In this document: positions 56,401-64,000 of the stretch, piece by piece
Position numbering within the stretch: the first letter of the stretch is position 1
Layout of the letters: each line of letters begins with the position of its first letter
NCBI GenBank assembly: GCA_945898015.1
Contig: CAMDGM010000006.1
Span: 11,032 to 75,031 of the forward strand
Reading direction: 5' to 3'
Length of the DNA: 64,000 nucleotides
Source: PVC group bacterium
GTDB lineage: Bacteria > Verrucomicrobiota > Kiritimatiellia > CAIKKV01
The notes under the pieces: model-generated
Seen by the model: the letters and a program-made list of their open reading frames with translations, nothing else
Told to the model about the DNA's origin: nothing
Database searches by the model: none
Program-made: the position numbers and the translations under genes

Positions 56401-57330
56401 GGAGACCAGGTCGGCGACGCCATCGCCGTCCATGTCGGCAACGACGGGATTGGGCGCGGCTATGGACGCCCCGGCAGGCGTCAGGATTTCCACGCCGGCG
56501 TCGAAACGGGGCCGCGCCTTCGTGCCCGTGTTCCGGTAGAAATACAGGCCCCGAGCCGGCGCCTCCTTCAACGGAGCCAGGAACGTCGGATCCGGCGCCG
56601 GCAGGCCGGGATCGGCCGGCTTTTGCGTGGCCATCCGCCCCCAGGCGGTCCACTGCTCCGCCACATTCAGGCCCCGGACCCCGGGTGCCTCGTCCTTCAT
56701 CCGGCAGATCAGCAGGTCCTCCAGGCCGTCGCCGTCCCAGTCGGCGGCCGTCAGGGTGAGCACCTGCCGGGGAAAGATGCCCTTGTTCCAATACATGCTT
56801 TCGGGCCCGGTGGAAAACCGGGCGTTCTCCCGGATCATCGCCGCCGAGCCCGGGAAAAACGCCGGGTCATTGGTCCAGAGCGCCCAGTGGAAGGGGCCGT
56901 GCGCGGTCCCCGTGTTGGGGCCGTAGCGCAACTGGCCGTCGAACAGGATCATGTCCCGAAGCCCGTCGTGATTCAGGTCGCAATCGGTCCGGGCCGACAC
57001 ATGTTCGACGGTCTGCGGCGTTGTTTCAGTGCTGTTGAACGGATAGGCGAGCCCGTACCCGAACCGGGGCTCGTCGCGGGACCCCTCGTTCAGGCAGGTC
57101 CAGCCGCGACCGATCGATCCGCCGTCGTGCACGTATAGGTCCGGCTTGCCGTCGTCGTTCCAGTCGAGGATGTCGAAGCCGGCGTCGGACGGAAACTGAC
57201 GGCCGTCCAGCAGGGCGCCGGGCGAGGGAAAGATCAGGTTGCTGTCGGCCCGAGCCGGATCCGCCCCGACAACGCCCAGCGCCCACGCGACGGTCAGAAT
57301 GAGCAGTGTCCGTTCGACGCAAACTGTCAT
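53443..57330 (-). CDS. giant secreted multidomain protein: FG-GAP/VCBS repeats, discoidin-like, FN3, DNRLRE-like, truncated SGNH
   Basis: 1295 aa with a signal peptide. Repeated DxDGDGxxDL motifs (DWNDDGKPDL, DWDGDGLEDL, DMDGDGVADL, DWDKDGKADL, DLNGDGRLDL, DADGNGIPDL). YKVEVSPDGQTWTNL is discoidin-like. IRLSWTRPAGAVAYDVRW is FN3. MVRFDKIPP...ATWNHP is DNRLRE-like. The C-terminal FTGNSLTDG...NAGVAGN...NIGTVD is SGNH blocks I-III only. Confidence 0.7.
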   Translation of the reverse strand: MTVCVERTLLILTVAWALGVVGADPARADSNLIFPSPGALLDGRQFPSDAGFDILDWNDDGKPDLYVHDGGSIGRGWTCLNEGSRDEPRFGYGLAYPFNSTETTPQTVEHVSARTDCDLNHDGLRDMILFDGQLRYGPNTGTAHGPFHWALWTNDPAFFPGSAAMIRENARFSTGPESMYWNKGIFPRQVLTLTAADWDGDGLEDLLICRMKDEAPGVRGLNVAEQWTAWGRMATQKPADPGLPAPDPTFLAPLKEAPARGLYFYRNTGTKARPRFDAGVEILTPAGASIAAPNPVVADMDGDGVADLVSCEAPIRCNAFRVDWPTRPAVTWFRRAAKSDTAVLQPPRPLLDGKAKPVPAGSMARLADFRGRGTTDLFVMDSGLRGTVRWYRNEARSAREPLALQEPVELRGRDFLRFGFIFQPVVVNWFGPKSRDLILHGVTDHHCKWGLRRTALYRNTAVRPGDMRYEFAGWLTFNGDPALVPVSAEERHYEVYGSALAVFPDDGSGEKRLMVSVGGKLFFFSDLSPDGLTFRAMKRIALAGESNRRKGWQEVPVDVPFKIKAIRINNDRNGMGNLRDSLLHVEKFEALGGGENLAVSNRASVTTPASGESKGNPMVHRPYNMLTPGNANTENAFNATSWGYYRLAAEIAWPDPVKIDTIRFLLSDRDSRWYDSFVPFFWQGKLFRTGMEQGENWYQYKVEVSPDGQTWTNLVNRMNTGMLTSHPVLVDWDKDGKADLLLGSTSGNGIWPDRKQYRLYRNSGSNGDPRFADPVSATDGSGNPIVPAAHWFQAYAPQCGVVPIDLNGDGRLDLVVEAPMGGELDYYENIASNTPAGFVFRKAGCVRGDGEKLLPGNGYRYFDIADADGNGIPDLLHSVGELRFFKGVEAGAPKRVADLAATGAGPDGIRLSWTRPAGAVAYDVRWSDALEIGETEWALLPGTNGLYTATNREPQFAVIPVPSFGKRLTMAVKSADASNRVSGISQLVRAVTPPLKETVLRNGPADGDSAPAYSNCLAATLDASRPNAIGATSAVLKVFAQIPKGEKQKVVMVRFDKIPPVPAERAELVLCAAGPMTTMMSCNAITDDCDPAAATWNHPRSGQAWGADDPDRGGVFQSFAEPVFLAGPGARVAWDVTKAVSQARKAGRDSVCLLIRVDYTGHYVAGAGSVFEGSAGNNIAQRPRLILIGRTMGNGETAEADMSMAETATRDPLAGVKRIVFTGNSLTDGSAWCDWVVETLQTNGHPGLVLFNAGVAGNSTAQLKARYAKDVLALKPDLVIVNIGTVDNKPPIGFP

Positions 57331-59633
57331 CGCACGATCATCCAGTCCACCTGGGCGCCATCGGCCGCGGGCTTCTCGAACTGCACGGTGAAGCCGGTGG
57401 CTTCCTTCTTCACCACCGACCGGTTCCCGAGCCAGTTCTGCTCGACGAACACGGCGTAATCGGCATCCGCTTCCGGAATCGCGAACACCACGGCCAGCGA
57501 CGTGGCGCCCGCCTTGACCGGCACATTCTTGCCCCGTAAATTCCGGGCCGGCACGCCGTCGGCGGACAGGCCGGACGCCGTCACGGAGCCCTCGAATCGC
57601 GCCCCGTTCGAGAAGCGCACCTCGCCCGACTCGCGCGAGACGGTCAACGTCGTCTCCTTCGGCAGCTGGTTGGACGCAAACCCGTAATACCAGGTCACCG
57701 GCTGTTCGTGATACGGCTGCTGGAACAGGATCGCGGCCTTGGTGAAGTCCGCCTTGCAGTTGAAGCCCACCTCGGCGGAGGTTTCAAGGATGATCCCGTT
57801 TTCCCACGCCGGCTTCTGCTCCTTGGTCTTGACAAGGTCATCCCGGTTCGCCGGCCCGCCCCGCACCTGCATGACGGCATACCGCTGGACGCCGTGATTG
57901 GCAATATCCATCACCGGCGACGGAAACGCGCCGGGCACCCGGTCCCACATCCATATCTTGAAAGGAATCGGCTTGAACGGATCGGGGCCGATCGCCTGCT
58001 CGACCTCATCGCCCTCCGCGAAATCAAACGCCTTGCCGGCATCGGGATGGGGCGTGACGCCCAGGATCGACTGGGTCTTGTAGCCGTCCGACGGCACCGC
58101 CTTGGACACATCGTTTACGAAAGCGCCGGGCGCAATGGCGTAGGGCAGCGGCCGCTCATGGCCGTCCCACGTATAGTTCTCCATCCGGTACAGGGAAGGA
58201 CTGCCCGCATCCTTGGCGCCCCACCAGAGGCGGCGGATCGTGATGTCTTTCGTGCCGTCCGCGTTGACTTTCAGGCCGGTGATTTCGAACCAGCGGTAAA
58301 GCTGAGCATGGGTCGCCTCGCTAGACGAGAACCAGCGGAAAAGAGGGTGCTGGATCGCCTCGGTAGGCTCGGTGACCGTGAAAAACCGGCCGATGATGGA
58401 GTCGTCCCACGGACAATCCTTATCGCCGCGGATCAACCCGCCCATGGCGAGCCCCTTGGTGTTGACGCCAGTCGGGTAATTAGTGCCCTGCCACGTGTAG
58501 AGTCCGTGGTTCATGGCGGTCTCCCAATACGACTCGGCCGGCACAATCCAGACCTTGCCGCCCGTCACCCATTTATTGGAATTCAGATTGATCAGCGGCC
58601 GGGAGTTGGACAGGGTGTCGGGATTCTTCCCGTCCTTGAAGGTCAGCGTGTTGGTGGTCCAGTTGGCGGCCTGGACCTTGGCCCTGAAATTATTGAGCAG
58701 GCTGTGCACGTAGCCGCCGTAGAGCGTGCCGTTTTCGTCGCCCGCGGCGGAATGAATATCGCTCATGTAGTCGTACCAGGCGAAGAACATGTAGGTGTCG
58801 CCCGCCGCATACTGCTTGCGCTTGAGCATGACGTCGTAGGTCTGCTCGTCGGTGTTGCAGATCTGGTTGAGCCAGAGCAGGCCGACATTGTTTTTGTTCT
58901 GGATCCAGGCCCGGGTGACATGATCGATCGTCGCATCGGCCACGAAATAATGACTTTTCTTGACCGGATCATAGCCGACGGATTTCACGAAGAGGCGGTC
59001 CACGCCGCCCTCGTAGTAGGGGCCGCCATGGGCGTTCAGGAACTGGCCGGGCCGGATGCCGCGGATGGTCGCCACATAAAACCGGGCGTCCTTGCCCTTG
59101 GCCGTGGGCTCGGTGATCCAGTCCAGGTAGCTGTTGGACCCGTGGATCAACTTGTTGTCCAGCTTGAGGAGATGATCGGTGGTCCAATGGCCGAGACTGT
59201 CGTTCGAGTCCATGCGCAGCGTGCGCTCGAAATTCAGGCCGGACATCTGGGGCACCTTGATGGTGGTCCCGCTCTTGCCGACCTCCACGATCGTGAAGCC
59301 CGGTCCGGCGCCCCAGTTTTTCGCCGGCGCCGGAGGTTCCGGAATTCGGAACGAATGCTGGTAGGCGTTTTCCGGGTTCAGGGACTCGGATTCCGACGGA
59401 GACAGGAACAAGAGACCGCCGGTTTTAGACAGCGCCTCGGTGGCGGCCTTGAACGTCGCCTGGATGGCAGCCGGATTCGTCACCGGCCCGAAGTCCGACA
59501 GGCGAACCTTGACTGGCGGCACGGCCGGAGCCGCCGTCTGGGCCAAGGCGGTCGCGCCATACAGCCCGATTGCCAGAAGCCCAGCCCACATTCCCACAAA
59601 CCGAATTTCGAGCCTATCCAGACGTGCGCGCAT
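57327..59633 (-). CDS. secreted protein of unknown function, paralog of 48976-51279
   Basis: 768 aa with a signal peptide. LSDFGPVTNPAAIQATFKAATEALSKTGGLLFLSP, a GDENG motif, and a C-terminus ...GFTVQFEKPAADGAQVDWMIVR nearly identical to the paralog. AAGGAGAG RBS. Its stop overlaps the start of the giant gene (ATGA). Confidence 0.4.
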   Translation of the reverse strand: MRARLDRLEIRFVGMWAGLLAIGLYGATALAQTAAPAVPPVKVRLSDFGPVTNPAAIQATFKAATEALSKTGGLLFLSPSESESLNPENAYQHSFRIPEPPAPAKNWGAGPGFTIVEVGKSGTTIKVPQMSGLNFERTLRMDSNDSLGHWTTDHLLKLDNKLIHGSNSYLDWITEPTAKGKDARFYVATIRGIRPGQFLNAHGGPYYEGGVDRLFVKSVGYDPVKKSHYFVADATIDHVTRAWIQNKNNVGLLWLNQICNTDEQTYDVMLKRKQYAAGDTYMFFAWYDYMSDIHSAAGDENGTLYGGYVHSLLNNFRAKVQAANWTTNTLTFKDGKNPDTLSNSRPLINLNSNKWVTGGKVWIVPAESYWETAMNHGLYTWQGTNYPTGVNTKGLAMGGLIRGDKDCPWDDSIIGRFFTVTEPTEAIQHPLFRWFSSSEATHAQLYRWFEITGLKVNADGTKDITIRRLWWGAKDAGSPSLYRMENYTWDGHERPLPYAIAPGAFVNDVSKAVPSDGYKTQSILGVTPHPDAGKAFDFAEGDEVEQAIGPDPFKPIPFKIWMWDRVPGAFPSPVMDIANHGVQRYAVMQVRGGPANRDDLVKTKEQKPAWENGIILETSAEVGFNCKADFTKAAILFQQPYHEQPVTWYYGFASNQLPKETTLTVSRESGEVRFSNGARFEGSVTASGLSADGVPARNLRGKNVPVKAGATSLAVVFAIPEADADYAVFVEQNWLGNRSVVKKEATGFTVQFEKPAADGAQVDWMIVR

Positions 59634-59723
59634 ACACTCTCCTTGATTTTTGTCGGGTTATCCTACAATGACTCTATCTGCTTACTCAAGAAAAACCGGA
59701 TTATCTCCTCGATTCGATTTCTG

Positions 59724-61571
59724 TCATGCTTTCCCGGCCTCCAGAGGAAGGCGCAACGACATCACTTTCGGACCGCAGGAGAAATAATAGCGGCCGTCAA
59801 TGATCACGGCCCCTCGATGGAATAACGAGCCGCCGGGCCATTTTTTCACCTGGGCGCCGGAACACCGGTACAAGACCTCGATTTTCCCCGTCTCCGGCCG
59901 CCAGCGGAAGAGGGAAATCCAGGTGATCCCGTATATCGCGCCATCGGGCCCCCAGCACATCGACTGCTCCCGGCAGGCCGAGAGGCGGGACGGAATCCGG
60001 TAATCCATCGTGCGGGTCGCCACATCGAACCGGAAGAAACAGAAATCACTCCCGGTCGTGCCATACAGCTTGCCATCCCGGTAAAGCAGGTTAAGGATGC
60101 CGGTCACCCCGGGTTTCAACGCCTCCTTCCAGAGGAGTTTCCGCCGGGCCACATCCCAGGCGAAGAGATGCGCCGCTTTCGTCACCGGATCCGTGCCACT
60201 GCCGCCTCCAATGCTCGTGCCGCCATACACAATGTCGCCCGACTCCGACGCCGTAAGCGCGATCACGCTTTGATTCGGAATGACCACGGGGTTGTTCACG
60301 TAGGTCTGGCGAAGCGTCTCATAGCACCCCAGCCCGCCGGTGCGCCGGCCGTATTCGGGGAAACTGCCGATCCACACCCGCTTCCGGCTGTCCACGAACA
60401 TGGCGCGGGGCCGGTTGTGGCCCGTGCCCAGCTGCGTGAGGAGCCGGGGATTATCCTTCCACATTCGCGCGCCGGGCGGATCCCGGTGAAGCGGCCGGGC
60501 CGGGTCATAGCACATCAGGTTGCCAAAGCTGTAACAGGCGTAATACAGCTTGCCGTCGCAATGCCCGAACGAATAGGCCTCGCCGTTATCCGGTGCGCCG
60601 CGCCCGAGATTTTCCAGCTTGCGCGTGGCCGGCGTGTACCGCAACAGGTACAGCGGCATGATCGTGCTGGCATACACGGTCTTACCCGGCCCCTCGGCCA
60701 GATGGAAAATGTCGGACCCGTCCCCCTTGTAGGTCATGGGAAAATGCCGGGCGCTCGCCCCCTCTCCCACGGCTATCACATCCGGGTCCAGCCGCCGGAT
60801 CCGGCGGCCATCCGGCAAGGCCGGCTGCGCCCAGTCCATCGTCTTTGTCTTTTTTTCAGGAAAAGCTTCGCCATGGGCCAGCCGATACCGGTTGCCGGTC
60901 ACGGCGCGGGTATACACCTGGCCGTCCGAGCTGCGCCCCAGCTGCGGAAAATCGGGACCGCAGTCGGATTCCGGCAACAGCAGCGTCGTGCGCCCGGTGG
61001 CGATATGATAGGCCGCCACCTGGGTCTTCTCTATGCCAAGGGAGCCATAGATATAGCCGTCGGCGCCATCAACCACCGTGCGCAAATACTTCAAGGTCGG
61101 ATGCAGCCGGCCGAGATCCTCCAGCTTCTCCGTCTCCGCGTCATACCGGAACAGGCGGGTTTCCGACGACGTCGCCAGGTAAAACCTGCCGTCCGAACCC
61201 CGCGTGATATCCCAGGTCCACTGGCGGAGCCGGGCCGTGACCCACAGCTTGCCGGTCTTCGGATCGAACCGGCAGAGATCCCCGTTGCAGCTGGTGACGA
61301 GCACGTGGCCGTCCATCGTGAACGCCATGCCCCACGGCCCGCTGCACTTCGGCGGCAGCCGGAAGTGCCGGCACCGGCCGGTCTCGGCCTCCATCTGCAC
61401 AAGCAGGGCCGGCCGGGTGAAGATGCCGGCGTAAATGTAATCCCGGCCGGTCCCGGCATCACGCCAGGGCTTGACCGTCTGGCAGCTGCCCTCGTACACG
61501 GCGATGCCGTGGTCACGAAGATTACCGATCAAGGGTCTTGTCATCGTCTTACGGTCCGTCATGGAGCACAT
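59724..61571 (-). CDS. cytoplasmic beta-propeller repeat protein, unknown function
   Basis: 615 aa with no signal peptide. Recurrent blade-like units (DGHVLVTS, DGRFYLATS, DGYIYGS, DGKLYYAC, GDIVYGGT, DGKLYGTT, DGAIYGIT). The start may be 61562. Confidence 0.5.
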   Translation of the reverse strand: MCSMTDRKTMTRPLIGNLRDHGIAVYEGSCQTVKPWRDAGTGRDYIYAGIFTRPALLVQMEAETGRCRHFRLPPKCSGPWGMAFTMDGHVLVTSCNGDLCRFDPKTGKLWVTARLRQWTWDITRGSDGRFYLATSSETRLFRYDAETEKLEDLGRLHPTLKYLRTVVDGADGYIYGSLGIEKTQVAAYHIATGRTTLLLPESDCGPDFPQLGRSSDGQVYTRAVTGNRYRLAHGEAFPEKKTKTMDWAQPALPDGRRIRRLDPDVIAVGEGASARHFPMTYKGDGSDIFHLAEGPGKTVYASTIMPLYLLRYTPATRKLENLGRGAPDNGEAYSFGHCDGKLYYACYSFGNLMCYDPARPLHRDPPGARMWKDNPRLLTQLGTGHNRPRAMFVDSRKRVWIGSFPEYGRRTGGLGCYETLRQTYVNNPVVIPNQSVIALTASESGDIVYGGTSIGGGSGTDPVTKAAHLFAWDVARRKLLWKEALKPGVTGILNLLYRDGKLYGTTGSDFCFFRFDVATRTMDYRIPSRLSACREQSMCWGPDGAIYGITWISLFRWRPETGKIEVLYRCSGAQVKKWPGGSLFHRGAVIIDGRYYFSCGPKVMSLRLPLEAGKA

Positions 61572-61581
61572 CCTAGGTCAG

Positions 61582-63618
61582 TCAACCCACGTCCGCGGCC
61601 GGACGATCCAAATCAAAGGCCACACGCGCCGTCCGGCGTCCTCGCCGGACGATCACGGAAAACCGGTTGTCGGTCGAAGGCGCCCCCTCCAGCTCGAAGG
61701 TGGCCGGCGCCAGGCCCCGGCGCCCGAACTGCAGGGCCGACACAAACACGAGCCGGGGCTTCCGGTAGAGGTTCTCGATATACACAAAGCGATTCCGGAC
61801 CGCCTGCAGGCCCGCGGGCGGCAGATAGGTCGTGACGCGCTCGTCGTGTCCCACGATCAGGTGATCCGCCCGCTTCGGGTACAGCGACTGCATCCTCAGC
61901 TGCGCCGGCCCGTTGGTGATCGTGAAGGCGTCATCCTCCCGGGCCAGGCGGGCGTCCACGCCGGCCAGGGGGGCCGGCCCGACGTTGCCCTCGACCGACG
62001 CCACCGCGATCGACGTTGGATAGTGGAACAGGAGTCGCGCGCGGACGGGTCGGCGGGCGAGAATCTCGTCGACCACCAGCATCACATCCGGATGCACAAA
62101 GACCACGTGCCGCCGCACACGCCGGGCCAGCGGCGTGTAGAACGGGGTCGAGTCCATCACCGTGGCGTCGAAGCCCTTGCCGGACCGGCAATAGAGGAAC
62201 CGCGACTTGACCTTCAGGCGGAGCTGCGGATAGTCGCCCTCCAGCATCACGCCGTTGTGCCCCACAGCCATCCGGGAGTCGAAATCGGCGCTCAGCCAGC
62301 GCTTGTTGTCGATATCGTAAAACCCCGGCTTGTACCCTTTTTTCGTCGGGTCCTTCCGCCCTTCGTACGGATAGGGCCAGCCGTTCAATTCGCTGAGCAG
62401 CTCCCGGCCCGCCGCATAGACCACCAGGCTGCCCATGTCGAGATGACAGTGGTGATTGTAATGCACGATGTCGCCAGCCTTGAGCCCGATGTAGGTGTCG
62501 CGATCGCCGAACCCGGTGCGCCACACCTGCACGCCCAGGTCCGGGAACAGCTTGGTCCGCGGATAGCCCGCGGCTTCGGGCGTCACCGCCGGCAGCGACG
62601 GATCGTAAAAGAACACCTGCCAGGCCGTGGACACGCCCAGCGCCAGCGCCCGCTGCTGGTGAACGGGGTTGCGGTCCGCCCGCGCATAGGCCATTTCCCC
62701 GGTCGTGGGGCCGCACGTCTTGCCGCCGTCCGACCAGTTCCACAAGCCGTCGCGCCGGGTGTGCATATAAAGCCAGAAGTCGCTCGTGCGCTGCAGGAAC
62801 GGGTGGCGGAAGAGATCCACCTCCCCGCCCGTGAAGACCCGGAGGGCCCAGCAGACGGTCGCGGTGAAGCCCAGGCCGTAGTTCCAATACCCCGGCCCCT
62901 CGTTCCAGCCGCCGGCGCGATCCCCCGTTTCAAGCCCCACCAGCACGCCCTCGATGGCATACTCCATGAGCTCGCGGTACTCCGGAAAATCCTCGGCAAA
63001 CACCATGCCGCCCATGGCAAGGCCCCCGCACAGGATCTGGCGCCAGTTGGCCTTGCTGTGCATCCAGGGATAGGTCTTGTTCCGCTCCGCCTCGAGCCCG
63101 GGGGCGAGGATGCGGGTCACCATCGTGTGCGACATGCGCCGGCGGACCGCCACCGGGATCAGGTCGCCGAAACAGCTCTTGATCATGGCCATGCCGTGCG
63201 CGACATGCGCCGTTCGCAAGTCCATGTCGAGCACCCCGAGGCACGACGAATAGGTGAAATGCTTGCGGTCGCATCGCTCCGCCGCCTCAAACCCCTCAAT
63301 GGCAACGGGCAGGGTCCGCTTCAAATCCCCCGTGAACAGGTAGTACAGGGAGGCCAGCTCCATTTTCGCCAGGGCCTTGCCGTGCCCCTTGTCCCAGTCC
63401 TGCGTCCAGTCGTAGGGCTTGCACACCACCTCAAACTGCTTGTCCAGGACGGACCGGAACTGGCGCCCTTTCAGCCGGATCTCCTCCGGCGTCATCATGT
63501 CGCGCATGATGTTCGGCGGCGACGCCGGGAGCGTCCAGCGGTCGAACGCCTCGAAATACCGCCGGGCGGAGGGTTTGAATTGACGCCGGTTCACAGTCCT
63601 GTGCTTGTGCTGGGCCAT
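61582..63618 (-). CDS. heparinase II/III-like protein, cytoplasmic type (paralog of 40809-42761)
   Basis: 678 aa from ATG 63618. It shares PWMHSKANWRQILCG, GGWNEGPGYWNYG and HYNHHCHLDMGSLVVYAAGRELL with the paralog. The ORF-track start at 63690 gives an unlikely extension. Confidence 0.6.
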   Translation of the reverse strand: MAQHKHRTVNRRQFKPSARRYFEAFDRWTLPASPPNIMRDMMTPEEIRLKGRQFRSVLDKQFEVVCKPYDWTQDWDKGHGKALAKMELASLYYLFTGDLKRTLPVAIEGFEAAERCDRKHFTYSSCLGVLDMDLRTAHVAHGMAMIKSCFGDLIPVAVRRRMSHTMVTRILAPGLEAERNKTYPWMHSKANWRQILCGGLAMGGMVFAEDFPEYRELMEYAIEGVLVGLETGDRAGGWNEGPGYWNYGLGFTATVCWALRVFTGGEVDLFRHPFLQRTSDFWLYMHTRRDGLWNWSDGGKTCGPTTGEMAYARADRNPVHQQRALALGVSTAWQVFFYDPSLPAVTPEAAGYPRTKLFPDLGVQVWRTGFGDRDTYIGLKAGDIVHYNHHCHLDMGSLVVYAAGRELLSELNGWPYPYEGRKDPTKKGYKPGFYDIDNKRWLSADFDSRMAVGHNGVMLEGDYPQLRLKVKSRFLYCRSGKGFDATVMDSTPFYTPLARRVRRHVVFVHPDVMLVVDEILARRPVRARLLFHYPTSIAVASVEGNVGPAPLAGVDARLAREDDAFTITNGPAQLRMQSLYPKRADHLIVGHDERVTTYLPPAGLQAVRNRFVYIENLYRKPRLVFVSALQFGRRGLAPATFELEGAPSTDNRFSVIVRRGRRTARVAFDLDRPAADVG

Positions 63619-63662
63619 CACGCGGAAGCCACCTTTCTGATCGTCCGATCCGCCATCCTGCT

Positions 63663-64000
63663 TTACGCCGACTTCCGGGACGCCCCGCACGAATCCCGCA
63701 CCACCAGGCGCGGCTTGACAATGACCATTTCAGGCTCGCCTTTCCCGTCCCGGCGCGCCTGGAGCAGCTTGTCCGCCGCCACGCGGGCAATCTCATCCTC
63801 GCGGATCGAGACTGACGTCAGCGCCACGCGGGTCATCTCCGCCCACGGCGTGTTCCAATATCCGACCACCGCCAGGTCGTCCGGCACGCGAAGACCCGCT
63901 TCCATGGCAATGTCGATCACATGCTTGGCCCGGTAGTCGCCGAACGCAAACACCGCATCGGGCCGGTCCGGACCCATCAGGACGGCTTTCAGCCGCTCCC
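63663..64000 (-). CDS. LacI/GalR-family transcriptional regulator, C-terminal part (gene continues beyond the window)
   Basis: PDAVFAFGDYRAKHVIDIAMEAGLRVPDDLAVVGYWNTPWAEMTRVALTSV matches the LacI effector-domain C-terminus. The frame stays open to position 64000. Confidence 0.75.
   Translation of the reverse strand, partial: ERLKAVLMGPDRPDAVFAFGDYRAKHVIDIAMEAGLRVPDDLAVVGYWNTPWAEMTRVALTSVSIREDEIARVAADKLLQARRDGKGEPEMVIVKPRLVVRDSCGASRKSA

Noticed and set aside
59660-59689. Possible internal promoter on the minus strand (TTGAGT, 18 nt, TAGGAT) in the 90-bp gap
   Set aside because: Only 4/6 matches in each hexamer. This is too weak to report as a feature without transcript-end data.
53788-59825. 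Series of 500-700-aa plus-strand ORFs antisense to the giant FG-GAP gene and the 768-aa secreted gene
   Set aside because: All are Arg/Gly/Pro/His/Ala-rich shadows. The minus-strand frames have signal peptides, repeats and RBSs.
61471-63936. 821-aa plus-strand ORF antisense to the heparinase-like gene and LacI
   Set aside because: Same shadow composition. The minus-strand products have clear paralogy and family motifs.
1-64000. Scan for CRISPR arrays, tRNA/rRNA/tmRNA, transposases, integrases, phage or toxin-antitoxin/defence genes
   Set aside because: I found no regularly spaced short repeats, no cloverleaf-like or rRNA-like segments in the few intergenic regions, and no ORF with recombinase, nuclease or defence-type motifs. 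The only repeats are the two copies of the ~360-bp element.

Overview
Visibly GC-rich bacterial chromosomal window. I call 44 intact or partial CDSs, one frameshifted ORF, two copies of a noncoding repeat and a few tentative regulatory sites. I saw no rRNA, tRNA or CRISPR array. Left to right: (1) 1-9.3 kb is a divergent cluster that looks like amino-sugar processing. Its minus arm has a DegT aminotransferase, a Gfo/Idh/MocA oxidoreductase and two PIG-L/LmbE deacetylases. Its plus arm has a NagB-like deaminase/isomerase, an aldo-keto reductase fused to an Fe-S module and a CBM9-like tail, and a NapH-like membrane polyferredoxin. (2) 9.2-13.1 kb is a three-gene two-component operon. (3) 13.3-20.4 kb holds a lipoprotein, DUF486, a 656-aa unknown, mutL, a TPR protein and a 516-aa Arg/Asp-rich unknown. 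(4) 20.6-27.5 kb holds rdgC-like plus a DEAD-box helicase, an esterase and carB. (5) 27.6-31.7 kb holds a glycyl-radical enzyme (GRE), its activase and a divergent AraC regulator. (6) 32.1-37.5 kb is cbpA-panB-folK-dapB-dapA-lysA. (7) 37.5-64 kb is a LacI-headed, single-strand, tightly packed 13-ORF locus. It contains three heparinase II/III-like proteins, a nitrilase-superfamily amidase, two unplaced TIM-barrel glycosidase-like proteins, two ~767-aa secreted paralogs with tailspike-like ends, a 1295-aa FG-GAP/discoidin/FN3/DNRLRE protein with a truncated SGNH tail, a cytoplasmic beta-propeller, a Gfo/Idh/MocA-PA14-like fusion and a secreted GATase1-like/HEAT protein. Best candidates for something undescribed are that glycan-type locus (no transporter, sulfatase or recognisable downstream sugar-acid enzymes), the orphan short GRE, and a ~360-bp highly structured noncoding element present twice (4.45-5.04 kb and 31.68-32.04 kb). 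The GRE/activase and the Fe-S content suggest an anaerobe (inference). All family calls are by-eye motif recognition on the supplied translations. No database search, fold prediction or RNA folding was run.
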